The translations under genes and the position numbers were made by a program. From the NCBI RefSeq assembly GCF_044704955.1, contig NC_091988.1, forward strand, positions 84,816,001 through 84,880,000: a stretch of 64,000 nucleotides of DNA, read 5' to 3'. The notes under the pieces were generated by a model. It saw only the letters and a list, made by a program, of their open reading frames with translations. It made no database searches and was not told where the DNA came from. This DNA is from Pristiophorus japonicus (Eukaryota). Below, in pieces: positions 12,171 through 25,806 of the stretch (position 1 is its first letter; every line of letters begins with the position of its first letter).

Positions 12171-13549
12171 TACTCAACTAGTGTTGGCCTGGATTTTGTG
12201 CTGCAGTCTCTGGAGTGGGATTTGAATACCTGATCTTCTGACCTCGGGTAGGGGGTCTACCCACTAAAGCAAATTCCATGTCTGATCTCCTCGGTACTAA
12301 ACATTTTTAAAGACACTGACTCTTGTGGTACTCAGGCCAACAGAGCAGAAAATCCCAGATTTGATGCTTGGTCTGCTCAGTGTTTGCCAATCTCAGCAAG
12401 TGGAACAGAGTTGGCCTCTGACCCGTGGCTAGTGAGGAGGCAAGTTAGCTGAAGATTCTTGCTCCTGATCACCATCTGGACACCCTGTCTGGAAAGTGCA
12501 GTTGTGAGGAGTGGATTCAAATTTATGATGCTGTTTTCCAATGTCCCCCACCCCCCCCCCCCCAACCCTACACTCCATCTCCCAGCTCCACCCAGGGGCT
12601 GGAATCAGTGTAAAACTCCCCGCGGGCTGTATTTGTAAACTTTTTATATATGTAAAGCATCATGATCTGAAAACATCTATGTAGCGCCATGTATAATGCA
12701 AGTTCTGATTAGTAATGTATGTTGCAAAGAAATCTAACTAACCTCACCCATTCCATGTACTGTATAGTGCCATATGTAATGTAATTTAATGACTGTATTA
12801 CAATGTATCCTGAATTGTACCTCTGAAATGTAAAGCAAGCAACTGTGTTGAACGGAACTGCCGTCAGTATCTAAATGTATTGTATGGAATTGCTGACCAC
12901 ATCCAAATGTACTGAACTGCTTTCCAATGTATTTTGTAAATTTTATATTCATGAAGTATATTTTGAAATTAAAAAAAAACTCCACTTCTAGTCCCACTAC
13001 ACTCAAATAGAGTGAAAATACTCATTGGCTGGGCTCACAAGACCAGCAGCCAATCAAGGTGAGGAATCTCTACGAATCAAAGCCTTCAGGCAAGGAGAAC
13101 ATTGGAGTGGGGAACAAAAAGACCCAAACTAAACTTTCTCCTTTTGGCTTCTGGGATTCAAGGTATGAATTTGACCAAGCCTGATGAAATGGAAGACACA
13201 AAACTCTTTTTCTCTCCCATTCTTTTTTTACTTCCTGCTGCCTTTAATGGCCTTGGCTGAAATAAGTTTGAGGATAATCTCCACTCTTCCCACCCCAGAC
13301 CCCACAGCACAAAACTAACTCTCAATCAGGTGCTAAAAATGATCGGTCTCTCTCCCAGCTCTCAAGGAGTGTCTAGTGTGAGATGAGGTAATGCTACACT
13401 GGTGTAGGGGTTCTTGACCATGTCTGCTCGGTGTTAATGTTCATTGTTGGGGTCAGAATTCCTCTCCCAAATCTCCACCCAATAATGTGAAATGTCTGGG
13501 AATCTGGTATGAAAATGACATTGTGGGGAAAACAGGCCAGCCCTGGATA

Positions 13550-13891
13550 TAGGGTTGCCAACGCTCCAGGATTACCCTGGAGTCTCCACAAAATAAAGAT
13601 TAAATCTCCAGGACACTGTCGGTGAGCAGAAAAATCACAGGAGCATTAAAATAAATTGTCTTTTTCATTTTCTCTGAGCACGTCTGTTTATTGATGATAA
13701 AAATATTGGAGAAAGGATAAAATGGTTGTCTGACTGGGAGTCAAGAATCACCTGAGTGGGTAAGGAAGCAAGTCCGCTCTCCAATCAGGGTGGGAAGGTG
13801 GGGTGCCCTCAGGATGAACGTGTTGGTGGAAGGGTTGGAGGTCATGTGATGAAACCTCCAGGAATATGTCCAAAGAGGAGTTGGCCACTCC
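13550..13891. mobile_element. Degenerate non-autonomous DNA transposon (MITE-like)
   Basis: Starts tagggttgccaac and ends gagttggccactc (imperfect inverted termini); homologues start at about 25347, 46087 and 59810. Confidence 0.45.
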
Positions 13892-14067
13892 GCCTGGGTA
13901 TCGGAACACTCTGCCTGGGTTACCGCCTCCGCATCTTATCCATTCATAGAGTAGTTTTACATATTACACGAAGCAATCTCTCCTGGTGTTGTCCATGGGA
14001 AGGACAGGATCTCTTTCTTGATCGCTATAGGGGCCCTGTGGAAGATTATACACAATAAAGGCCCAAC

Positions 14068-14352
14068 AGGTCACCCATGGCTCAATGGGTAACAAGTTCC
14101 CTTCTGAGTCAGAAGGTCATGGGTTCATGTCCCACTCCAGGGAGTTGAGCAGGTAATCCAGGCCAACACTTCCAGTGCAGTACTGAGAGAATGCTGCACT
14201 GTCGGAGGTGCCGTCTTACGGATAAGCCGTTAAACTGAGACTCTGCCTGCAATTCTGACATTACAACAGTGACCACACTTGAAAAATACTGAATTGACTG
14301 TAAAGTGCTTTTGGATAATCCGTGGTTGTGAAATGTGCTATATAGACAAAAG
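14068..14352 (+). mobile_element. tRNA-derived SINE (SacSINE1/DeuSINE-like), unit 1
   Basis: A-box-like TGGCTCAATGG, B-box-like GGTTCATGTCC (GGTTCAAGTCC in other units), tail gtaaagtgctttt...gctatata. Confidence 0.65.
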
Positions 14353-14931
14353 GGGCGAGATCTTCGGCTTTCCATTTTCAGGGCGAAAACAGAGGCGAGG
14401 CAGGAAATTTACTGCCCAATTAACGTTAGCGATTAATTGCTTTACTTTCAACATGAGGTGGAGCGCAAAGGGAGGCGTTGAACTACTTTTGCAGCGCAAA
14501 AACAGGAACCTCGCCAACTTTAGTGCGGGGCCAGGAGCGCTCAGAGAGAAGCCTTGGGAGGGAAAAAAACATCAAAAAATCATTAAAGAAACATTGACAA
14601 CACCCTTACCTCACAAATTGCTGCAAAAATTAAAACATTAAAAATTTTAACTTACCTTTTTTCCAGTTTATCCAACTCACCACCGCCGACAGGGCTGTGT
14701 TTTCCCTGGTGGTCATCGTGGGGCGCGTTTCGCGGCGTACGGGTCGAGTGAGACTCGAAACTCGCAGCGGTGTCACACCTGGCGCAGCTCTCCCCGGTGT
14801 TTCTAAGCGCCACCGCAAAAAACGAATCGAGGAGCGCGGCAGGGTGAAAAACAGCTGACCGACAGATTTTTCGCCGCGGAGGGTCAAAACCCGGCAAAAA
14901 CCCGGTCGCAAATGACCCCAAAATCCAGCCC
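14353..14931. mobile_element. CpG-rich non-autonomous DNA transposon (PIF/Harbinger-like), unit 1
   Basis: Imperfect TIRs GGGCGAGATCTT / AAAATCCAGCCC, 3-bp AAG duplication, inserted into the SINE tail. Confidence 0.65.
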
Positions 14932-16489
14932 AAGTTCGTTCTTTCTTTTCACTGGGTGTACAAATGGATTGTCCATTTTACCGTAGTAAAACCACACTAA
15001 AACATGACGCATCGGGACACTTCCTCCAATGGGGCCGCGCCACACTACCTGAGCACAGCTTCTGCCGAAACCAAACCACAAGTTCCTGAGGCGGCGGTTA
15101 ATCCCCCCAATAAACCACAGCCAGCTTCCTCCACATCTTCCTGCCAAGGTCATGAACAACACAGCACAGCACTCCATAAACCAATTAATCAGCAAGGCAA
15201 GAATTATAGCAGGGCATTGACTGACTTTCTCACCCATCCATTACCGAGAGACACTAAGGCAAATTGATCAGCACCATCGCCAAGATTAGTAAGATCTGGA
15301 CAAGTTCAGAAGTTAAATGTGGTGTCTGCTTGCCTGTCTGGTTCATTTCCATCCTGTCCATCCTGAGTGAGCCATTGGGTCATAGATCAGGAGCTGGGAT
15401 TCCAGGGCTGAGACTAAGGAGTGGGCAAGGGATGGTTGGAGAGGGGGAGGAGGGCACGGGGAGATCCCAGAGTAACAGAAGGGGGTTGGGGGCAGGGGCC
15501 AGCTGGTTTGGCAGGGTTCGGACAGGGAGTGGGGAGCAGTGCGAGTGTGAGGTGCTGGGGCATATCGTGGGCAATTGAAGGGGAAAGGTGCGGGAATGAG
15601 GATGGGGGGGGTGGGCTGGGTGGGGCTAGGATGTAGGTAACAGATGTTGGGGTGAAGGAACTGTGGATGGGATGGGGTCAGTAGCCGGCAGCATCAGTGG
15701 GGGGAGGGGGAAGGGGATAGTTAGCAGGGTGCTGGAATTGGGGATGGGGGTGAGTTCAGGAGCCAGGAGTGGGTGCGGAGGGAAGCTCAATTGGCAAAAG
15801 AATTTTCAATGATAATCGAGAGAGAAGGAGACTTCAGTAATAACTTGACCTCTGACCCAGGGCCTGGCGAAGGCCCAGACTGAGTGCAGCCCACGGGTTG
15901 CGAGGGGTCACTCAGCCTTCCTGTCTCTCCTCCACAGTCTTGTCCATGCTCAGGTGGCCCTGGAGAGGGAGCACGCGGTGCCCATAGGTACACTCGAGTC
16001 CTCCTGCAACCGATGGGTACCGCAGGGAAAGGAAAGTCTTATCGACACGAGTAATAATATTGTGATTTACATTATGAGTTTATTTTAGTTTAATAGGTGA
16101 TGATGTTTAATTATATTAGTGGTACTGCCTCAGTTTGAGGGGCACTTATGCAGTTGCCTCTCTGTTGGTGGAACTGGGCAATCCAGTGTTACTTCTATTG
16201 ATTTATTAAAATAAACCAAGACTTGACCAATTCTCTACATGCAATCAGCTATTGGACCTCAACAGGTCACTACAGACTGCATCAGGCTGTAGGCGCGTTA
16301 TCCTGTTTAGAATGTATGTTCTTTAGGTGTCTGTATATGTTTCTTTCATTATATTCTGTTTCAGTAAATCTTCAGTACATCAAAAAACAAAAGCTGAACT
16401 TGTCTTGTTCCCATAGACCCAGATAGTCTCCAGCCTGGAGCATCTCCCGATCACTGACCCAGTCTGTGTGAAAAACTTTCTGGAAACAA

Positions 16490-16581
16490 CCAATTAGTAA
16501 GATTGTTGGATAGGCTATTGGTTTAGTTTAGCCACACCTGCTCCAATTGTTTTCAGGTGATGGCAGGCTGTGTGTATAAAA
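16490..16581 (+). promoter_or_regulatory. Proximal promoter of ZP3 copy 2
   Basis: Same CCAAT/E-box/TATA layout; TATAAAA 16575-16581. Confidence 0.65.
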
Positions 16582-16633
16582 GGGGATCAGGGGACTCCCC
16601 ACAGAGCACAGTTGAGCTGCAGTAGTTTGTATT

Positions 16634-19600
16634 ATGGGGCAACTAGTGAAGGGTTTGGGTCCTCTGTTGGTTTTGATTGGAGCTGTTTGTTGCTCTGATA
16701 CTAGGCAGCGGTTTAGAAACTGGGACTTCCCATGGAGCATTGACAAGGCCACTCGTGTCCCTCCTGGCCTAGCTTTTGATTCCAGTTTTAGTAAGTCTGA
16801 GGGGCGAAGTGTGTCTCCACTGCAGACTGTGATGGTGCAGTGTGGAGAGCAGAACCTGCTGGTCAGAGTACAGATGGATTTATTTGGAACCAGGCACCTG
16901 ATTAAAGCAGCTGATCTGACCCTGGGGTCAACAGGTTGTCGGCCAACTGGGGTCTACTCTCAGAACCACACTGTCCTATTTCATTATGGGCTCCATGAAT
17001 GTGACAGCACAGTAAAGGTAATGTGATTCTTGATCTAAAACCTTCTGCAAACAATGGGCCCCTGGGAGGAGGAATACTTGCATAGATTAGTTGGGCTGAA
17101 TGGACTATTTGTGCTGAACATTCTATGAAATATTTGGACCTGAAACAATATGATTTTAATGTAAGCTTTCATTTTGATTGGACTTCATGTTCAGAATATT
17201 TTAGTGAGGCTTGTTTAAATGAGATTCTCATTGAGGTTTCTTTCCCTGATTCAACCTTTTATTGATTGAATCAAAACTGGGCATCTGGACTGAAGTACAA
17301 GGTTATGAGACTGCGTTGAGCAATGTAATAGTGGAGGGTGAGATGAAGGGTTGCAGCTACATGAGTGACTTTTTTTTTTGCTGTACATTTGGTGGTTTAG
17401 TCTTGATTTTCTGAGATTGGTTGGGACACAGTTGGAGTTCCATGCTGTTTGTGACTTGTAGAAAGAATCATGGGAACTGATTACTAAATATTCAAGTGTT
17501 CTTTATGCAAAAATGCTTGGAAAGATTGAGGCATTTTTCATCAAATTGAGGTGCCTCTAGAGTAAAGGCAGAACATGCTTATGGTGAAATTGTACTGAGG
17601 AAACCTAGACTGAAGACAATCCTTTGAAGGGATTCTCAGGATTGTTGACATTTTAGAATGTTATGTTTTGAATAGTCAGACTAGATACTGCAAGCTCAAA
17701 GTAAGATGTGACCATAGTCCTTTTATTACAGATCACAGTGCCTCACCAGCCTGTGAGACCACCTTTTTTTATAATATATATAATATTGCTCCCATGGCAT
17801 TGTGGGGTCCCTTGGGACTCCAGGGGATAAGTCCTCTGGTGGTTAGACATGTTTACATACATCACAGACTGCATCACCATAAGTGACCATAAAGTACTGA
17901 GACCCAATGGAGCAGTTATCCCTATTTCTGTCTTCCATCCCTAAACCCCTCTGCCTCTACCACTCCATCTGTTTATGGCACTTATTAAAACTGTTTGTGG
18001 CCAAGCCTTTGGTCAAATATCTTTCATTGATTTGGTGCCAAACTTTTTTTTCTGAACCTCCCCGTGAAGTGCCTTAATGTTTTACTATGTCAAGTGAGTT
18101 TTATATAAATGCACAAGTGGATGATTGTGGGTCACTTCCCCGCAGAGGCCTACAATATCTCTTCAAATGGATTTGGATAGGGCTGGGACTCTAATTAATA
18201 GAAGTATGAAGGGCTGTGTGTGTTTCTCTAAACACTGCTCTCTTGTCCAAGAATGACTCCCTTGTTCTGTACCTGACCCTGACCAGATCACATTTTCTCT
18301 CCCAGATGATGGATGACCTGCTGATTTACACCAGCCACCTGTACTACAGGCCAAGCCGTATTGGAGGAGTCATTGTGAGAACCAGTGGAGCAGTTGTCCC
18401 TATTGTGTGCCATTATCCCAGGTAAGGTGGATGATTGACAGGCTCTCCTTTCCTCTGATGGGGTTGTGAATTGGAAGTAAAACTGGCCTTTCCTCTTCCC
18501 ACAGGAAGAGGACAGTGAGCAGCAATGCGATCAAGCCCACCTGGGTCCCCTTCTCCTCCACCAAGGCCGGAGAGGGACGTCTGTCATTCTCCCTGCGTCT
18601 GATGACTGGTAAGTGATTGTCAATGATCTACCATGCATGTTTTACCCATTCCTTGGAATCAAGTGAGGAACCCAAAGCTTGTGTTCCTGCTCTCATTCCC
18701 TTTCCCTTTCCAGCTAATTGGAGTGCAGAGCGTACCTCCAATATCTACCACCTGGGTGACCTCATTCACATCGAGGCCTCTGTGATGACCGTGAACCACA
18801 TGCCTCTGAAGCTCTATATTGACCGCTGTATAGCTACACTGAGCCCAGACCAGGACTCCACCCCCAGATACAACATTATTGACTTCAACGGGTAAGGTCT
18901 TTATCTGGGCTGCATATGTCACACACATAACTGTTTGGCGGAGGGAATACATTCTTAATGATGCAGCTCTTTCTGACCCTCTTTCCAGTTGCCTGTTGGA
19001 CAGCCGAGACGAAGACTCTTTTTCGTCCTTCGTGTCACCGCGAGATCACCTGGATAAGCTTCAGTTCAAGCTGGATGCATTCCGCTTCTTTGAGGATGAC
19101 AGGGACTTGGTAAGAGGAGACCAGATGTTGAGACAGTGAGCGTTTGACACTGAGTAACTCGTGCATGTGTCTCCTGCAGATCTTCATCACTTGCCACCTG
19201 AAAGTAGCTGCAGCAGATCAAAGGCCAGATTCAGTCAACAAAGCTTGTTCCTTCCAGAAGCCAGCCAACCGGTGAGTGAAATCTAACCAACAATGGTGAT
19301 CCTCTTTGGTCAGAATGCATCCATATGCCAATGGTGTGCTTCCTTGTTTGTTTAGATGGTCCCTGGTGACTGAATTGGACCTGTCCATGGTGGAAGGATC
19401 CAATGAGGTTTGTGCCTGTTGTGATGGGGGCAACTGCGGAGCCTCGAGATTGCGATCTGGAGGAAGACTTCACTCCAGGGGCAGGAGAGAGGTCCTATCT
19501 GAGCTGGGTATGTTGTGGTGGTATTGGGTGTTGGGGCTATTGTTTGATGTTTGTTTGTAACTGGATGGAATGACTTGTTGCAGAGTCGGAGCCTGTGTGG

Positions 19601-19880
19601 GAGGGTGAAGCCTCCCTTGGGCCCCTGATCATTCTGGATGCTGATCTGAAGGACCTGGTCCATTCGATGGGAAGTGAAGCTGTCGAGACTCGTGAGGAGA
19701 TTCCGAGTTCTTCTCCAGGTGAGTGTTGATTTTTGAGAACCCAATTCCAGTACTAGTGACTCCTGACTCAATGGCTTCTCATTCTCTGCAGGTGAGGTGC
19801 TTCTGGTTGTGATGTTGGTAGCTGGGGCCATGATCTCAGCCACTCTGGTGGCCTTCTTCCTCTTCAGGAAACACACCTGA
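16634..19880 (+). CDS. zp3: ZP3-like, copy 2, 9 coding exons, 456 aa
   Basis: Exons 16634-17017, 18306-18421, 18505-18608, 18714-18891, 18989-19109, 19180-19271, 19356-19507, 19584-19718, 19792-19880. Same phases and motifs as copy 1; RGRR furin site. Confidence 0.93.
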
Positions 19881-19926
19881 ATCCTTTCTCATTTGGGCTT
19901 TTCCATCATTTGTCAAAAAATGGAGT

Positions 19927-19932
19927 AATAAA
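19927..19932 (+). terminator. Polyadenylation signal, copy 2
   Basis: AATAAA at the homologous position. Confidence 0.65.
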
Positions 19933-20654
19933 TTTGAAATGTGACTTGCTTGAATTAGTCTTTGGTCTTGGTGTTTTGAACTTCAGTTGTTTCAAAGGCC
20001 CCTCCTGTGTTTACATTCCACATTTCCCTTGTAACAAGTGTTTATATAAAAAAAAAAAGACTCCATTCCTATTGCAGCTGCTTGTGCTATTATGATACTG
20101 GTCACGGCGACCATCCCACTCCCACTTTCCCTAATGAGCCCCGATTCTCTCTGACTATTTCCAGCACATTAGTCGGTCCCGGTTCTCTGATTCAATGAAA
20201 TGGCCTTTTGCCCATCTGATATATTTTTTAACAATTAAAGGCCACAGGGTTTTGTTTTATTATCCAAATTGGTCCCAGTAGTGTGCAGATAATTGTTGGA
20301 AGTTTGAAATCGCAGCTGGAACACAATATTGAGTGAAAAATTGGGTCTGAATGTGAGGCCCTCCTTGGTAGAGCAAGACTGCTAATGCTCGCAGGTGAAG
20401 AATGAATGAGTTTGGGCAGCAAAGGGCAGCCAACACCCTTGTAACTATTGGTGTGAGTCAACCATTCAGCAGAGAAAATGAGGGCCAGGGTTGAGTTACT
20501 GCAGATTATATAAATGTGTTTGCAAACTGTTTCTGTTTTGCTGGTAATGGTGCCATTCAACTGGGCTGTCTCCCAAAAGACAGTGACTCACTGACCCTAG
20601 CATCTCCTTTACTCCCGGCACCTGCTGCCTATTTCCTTTCACCTTCATTTGATT

Positions 20655-20974
20655 NNNNNNNNNNNNNNNNNNNNNNNNNNNNNNNNNNNNNNNNNNNNNN
20701 NNNNNNNNNNNNNNNNNNNNNNNNNNNNNNNNNNNNNNNNNNNNNNNNNNNNNNNNNNNNNNNNNNNNNNNNNNNNNNNNNNNNNNNNNNNNNNNNNNNN
20801 NNNNNNNNNNNNNNNNNNNNNNNNNNNNNNNNNNNNNNNNNNNNNNNNNNNNNNNNNNNNNNNNNNNNNNNNNNNNNNNNNNNNNNNNNNNNNNNNNNNN
20901 NNNNNNNNNNNNNNNNNNNNNNNNNNNNNNNNNNNNNNNNNNNNNNNNNNNNNNNNNNNNNNNNNNNNNNNNNN
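20655..20974. other. Assembly gap (320 N)
   Basis: Run of N. Confidence 0.99.
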
Positions 20975-21018
20975 ACCTGCCACTTTGGGGTCAGTTGAAA
21001 CTCAGCAGTATCAGTTTA

Positions 21019-21172
21019 GGTGAACCTGTGGAATTGTCTACCACAAAGTTGTTGAGGCCAATTCACTAAATATATTCAAAAAGGAGTTGGATGTAGTCCT
21101 TACTATTAGGGGGCATCAAGGGGTATGGCGAGAAAGCAGGAATGGGGTACTACTCCTGCATCTCTTTTCTAT
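21019..21172 (+). mobile_element. Short CR1 3'-end insertion unique to unit 2
   Basis: Matches 8209-8400 with an internal deletion; ends ttttctat; flanked by GTTTA on both sides; absent at about 8995, 41972 and 54703. Confidence 0.8.
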
Positions 21173-22130
21173 GTTTAAAAAGGATGGAACCTGCATGCAG
21201 ACAGCACAGTAGGAGGCCACTTGACCCTTTCTGCCTGTATTTAACATAGAAGCATGGAAAATAGGAGCAGTAGTAGGCTGTTTGATCCTGTACCGCCATT
21301 CAATATGATGATGTCTGATCCTCTCTCAATACCATATTCCTGCTTTCTCCCATACTCTTTTTGTCTTGCTATATCTCAAATATATTCCATTACTTGGTCT
21401 CCTCCACAACCTTCTGTGGTAGAGAATTCCACAGGTTCACCACCCTCTGGAAATTTCTCATGTCCTAAATTTCCTACCCATTATCCTGAGACACTGACCT
21501 TGTTCTAGACTTCCCAGCCAGGGGCAACATCGTTTGTCTAACCCCATCAGAATTTTATACATTTCAATGAGAACTCATTCTTAACTCTAGTGAATACAGG
21601 CCTAGTTGACTGATTTCTCTCCTCATACGACAGTCCTGCCATCCCAAGAAATCAGTCTGGTGACCCTTTGCTGCACTGTCTCTATGGAAAGTATAACCTT
21701 TAGTACTTTAAATCTATCATCTGGTGACTGACCCTTCTGCTAGAAAGTGTTCTCCTCCCCATTCCTTATTAAAACATAATGTTTTTGAAAGTCTCTATTA
21801 AATCTCCACTTCACAACTTTTCAAATAAATAAATCTCCACTCCTATGGGTTAAATATTGTGCCTTTTTAAATGGATGTAAGTAATAAGGAGCTGCTGCCA
21901 TCTTTCTACAGAAAGTAGATGGGGTTACAGACACCCAGCATTCAGTCAGCCAGGAAGTTGTGTGAGCAGGTTCTAGTCTCCCTCCAGTGCCAAGGGAATA
22001 GACCAAAGCAGCATCTCCTTAATTGGCCACTGCAGGTAGGTTATGTTTTGGCCTCCACATGTACTGTAACTTCACTAAATAAATGTGTTCCACATTTAAT
22101 ATCCCTTGAGGGTTAGTTGGAATTGTCTTA

Positions 22131-23670
22131 ATTTTCTACAGGTACATAAAAAGAGAGAATAGTTAAAGTAAATGTTGGCCCCCTAGAGAATGAGACTGGG
22201 GAACAGGGAAATGGCAGACAAATATTTTGTATTCTTCGGTAGACTTTTTTTTTAAACTGCTCCAATCATTGACCTGGACCTTGCGTATTTGTCACTGGTC
22301 ACCATCCAGCACCTGATGGCCTCCTTGCAATAAGCTGGCTGCTGTGCATTCTCCCTGCCCCGCAGTGGGACAATGGAAAACGTTGGGATGTCGAGGGAAG
22401 CCATGCCCCTGTCACTCCCTGCTCCCGGAGGCAGGCGGACTCATGTTGCCCAAAGATGGCACCCAAACTCACCGCAACCCCCGACAGTAACACAGCCCTT
22501 CCACCCCCGAAGCTGCCCCGCTGCCGCTGCCGACTTGGTGGCTGAATCTCTCCACCCGCGCATGTACTTGACTAAGTCTGCAGGGAGGTTGTGTGATGCC
22601 CAGGACACTCATCCATCCTCCGGTGGCTGTGAAACACATCTATCCACCAGTAATCTCGCACAGAAGGTTGCTGCACAAGATAAAAGTTCACGGGGTTGGG
22701 GGTAATATATTAGCATGGATAGAGGATTGGCGACGAGTCGGGATAAATGGGTAATTTTCCAGTTGGCAAACAGTAACTAGTGGGGTACGACAGGGATCGG
22801 TGCTGGGTCCTCAACTATGTACAATCTATTAATGACTTGGATGAAAGGGCCAAGTTTGCTGATACAAAGATGGGTGGGAAAGCAAATTGTGAGGAGGACA
22901 CACAATCTGCAAAGGGATATAGACAAGCTAAGCGAATGGGCAAAAATTTAGCAGCTGGAGTATAATGTGGGAAAATGTAAGGTTATCCACTTTGGCAGAT
23001 ATAATTGAGAAGCAAATTGTAATTTTAAATGAAGATAAATTGCAAAATGCTGCAGTACTGGGGGAGGGTCCTTGTGCAAGAAACAAAGTTAGAATGCAGG
23101 TACAGCAAGTAATCAGGAAGGCAAATGGCATGTTGGCCTTTATTGCAAGGGGGCTAGAGTATAAAAGCAGGGAAGTCCTATAACTGTACAGGGTATTGGT
23201 GAGGCCACACCTGGATTACTGTGTACAGTTTTGGTCTCTGTATTTAAGGAAGGATATACTTGCATTGAAGGTTGTTCAGAGAAAGTTTACTAGGTTGATT
23301 CTGGAGCTAAGGGGGTTGACTTATGAAGGTAGGTTGGGCCTATATCATTGGAGTTCAGAAGAATGTGAGATACTGAAACATAAGATAATGAGGGAGCTTG
23401 ACCAGGTGGATGCAGAGAGGATATTTCCACTCCGAGGACACAGTCTCAGAATAGGGGACTGCCCATTTAAAAGTGAGATGAGAAATTTCTTCTCGAGGGT
23501 TGTAAATCTATGTAACTCTCTGCCTCCGAGAGCTGCAGTCATTGAATATATTTAAGCTGGTGATAGGTTTTTGAGCGGGAAGCAAGTGGAGTTCATTATC
23601 AGATCAGCCATGATCTTATTAATTGGCGGAGCATGCTCGAGGTACCAGGTTGCCAACTCCTGCTCCTATT
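22131..23670 (+). mobile_element. Old degraded CR1 with nested insertion remnant, unit 2
   Basis: RT C-terminal fragments (VRPHLDYCVQFW); homologue of 9965-12170. Boundaries approximate. Confidence 0.75.
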
Positions 23671-25806
23671 ATTCTTATACTACTTCTGGGCTCCCTGACC
23701 AGAGGAAATATTTTTCCTGACCAATTCCTTTTAACCTACATCTCAATTAGATCACCCTTTGAACCTTCTTTACTCAAGGAATACAAATCTAGTCTAAGCA
23801 GCCTGTTTCTATAATTTAACCCTTTTAGCCCTAGTATCATTCTGATCGATATTGGCCAGAACACAGAGCACTGCCCTGCTCTTCCAATAGTCCCATGGGA
23901 TATTTTACGGCTGCTCGAGAGGGCAGATGGTGCTGTGGTTGAACGTCCCATCTGAAAGACGCACCTCTACCAGTGCAGTGCTCCTTCAGTACTCAACTAG
24001 TGTTGGCCTGGATTTTATGCTGCAGTCTCGAGTGGGATTTGAACACATGATCTTCTGACTCGGGTAGGAGCACTACCTACTGAGGCAAATTCAATGTCTG
24101 ATCTCCTCTGTACTAAACATTTTTAAAGGCACTGACTCTTATGGTACTGAGGCCAACAGAGCAGAAAATCTCAGATTTGATGCTTGGTCTGCTCAGTGTT
24201 AGCCAATCTCAGCAAGAGGAGCAGTGTGGGGGAATAGAGTTGGCCTCTGACGCTTGCCTAGTGAGGAGGCAAGTTAGCTGAAGATTCTTGCTCCTGATCA
24301 CTATCCGGACACCCTGTCTGGAAACTGCAATTGTGAGGAGTGGATTCAAGTTTATGATGCTGTTTTCCAATCCCCTACACTCCCTCCCCAATATCCCTTT
24401 TCCCAACTCCACCCTGGGGCTGGAATCAGTATAAAACTCCCCTTGGGCTGTACTTGTAAACTTTTTGTATACATAGGTGTTTTCAGATCATGGTGCTCTA
24501 TGTAATGCCATGTATAATGCAAGTTCTGTTTAGTAATAGATTTCTTTGCAACATACAACAGTAACCTCACCCATTCCATGTACTGTAATTGGATGACTAT
24601 TACATTGTCTCCTGAATTGTACCTCCTAAATGTAAAGCAAGCAAATGTATTAAACGGAACTGCTGTCAGCATCTAAAATGTATTGTATGGAATTGCTGAC
24701 TACATCCAAATGTACTGAACTGGTTCCCAATGTATTTTGTAAATTTTTTATATTGAAGTATATTTTGAAATGAAAAGAAAAACACCACTTCCTGCCCTAC
24801 AATGGTTATCTAGTAAAAACATTCATTGGCTGGGCCCATAAGAACAGCAGCCAATCGGGGTGAGGAATCTCTACGAATCAAAGCCTTCAGGCGAGGAGAA
24901 CATTGGAGTGGGGAACAAAAAGACCCAAATTGAATTTTCTCCATTTGGCTTCTGGGATTCAAGGTATGAATTTGACCCAGCCTGATGAAATGCAAAACTC
25001 TATACTCTTTCTCTCCCTTTCTTTTTTGCTCCTTGCTGTCTTTAATGGTCTTGGTTGAAATAATTTTGAGGATAATCTCCACTTTTCCCATCCCAGACCT
25101 ATAGCACAAAACTAACTCTCAATCGGGTGCTAAATATGGTCAATCTCACTCTCCCAGCTCACAAGGAGTGTCTAGTGAGATAGGGTAATGCCACACTGGT
25201 GTAGGGGTCCTTGACCATGTCCGCGTAGTGTTAATGTTCGTGGTTGGGGTCAGCATTCCTCTCCCAAATCTCCACCCACCATTGTAAAAGGGGTGGGAAT
25301 CTGGTACAAAAATGAAATTGTGGGGAAAACCGGCCCGCCCTGGATATAGGGTTGCCAAGACCTCCAGGATTACCCTGGAGTTTCCACAAAATAAAGATAA
25401 ATCACAGGAGCATTAAAATAAATTGTCATCTTCATTTTCTCAGTACTTCTGTTTATTGATGATAAAAATATTGGAGAAAGGATAAAATGGTTGGCTGAGT
25501 GGGTAAGGAAGAGAGTCCGCTCTCCAATCGGGGTGTCCCCAGGATGGACGTGTTGGTGGGGGGGGGGAGGGGTTGGAGGTCTTGAGATGAAACCTCCAGG
25601 AATATGTCCAAAGAGGAGTTGGCCGTTCTCCCTGGGTATCGGAACAATCTGATTGGGTTACCGCCTCCGCATCTTATCCATTCATAGGTAGCTTTATATA
25701 TTACACTAGTCGATCTCTCCTGGTGTTGTTCATGGAAAGTCCAGGATCTCTTTCTTCATCACTATAGGGGCCCTGTGGAAGATTATACACAATAAAGGCC
25801 CAACTG

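Noticed and set aside
14068-14140. tRNA gene
   Set aside because: A/B-box-like motifs are degenerate, I could not fold a cloverleaf, and the sequence continues into a SINE body.
14630-15640. Recurring ORFs in the MITE and G-rich region as a second gene in each unit
   Set aside because: Frames and lengths differ between units, no domain is recognisable, and recurrence follows from the duplication.
20516-21023. ORFs containing long X runs
   Set aside because: Artefacts of the N gap.
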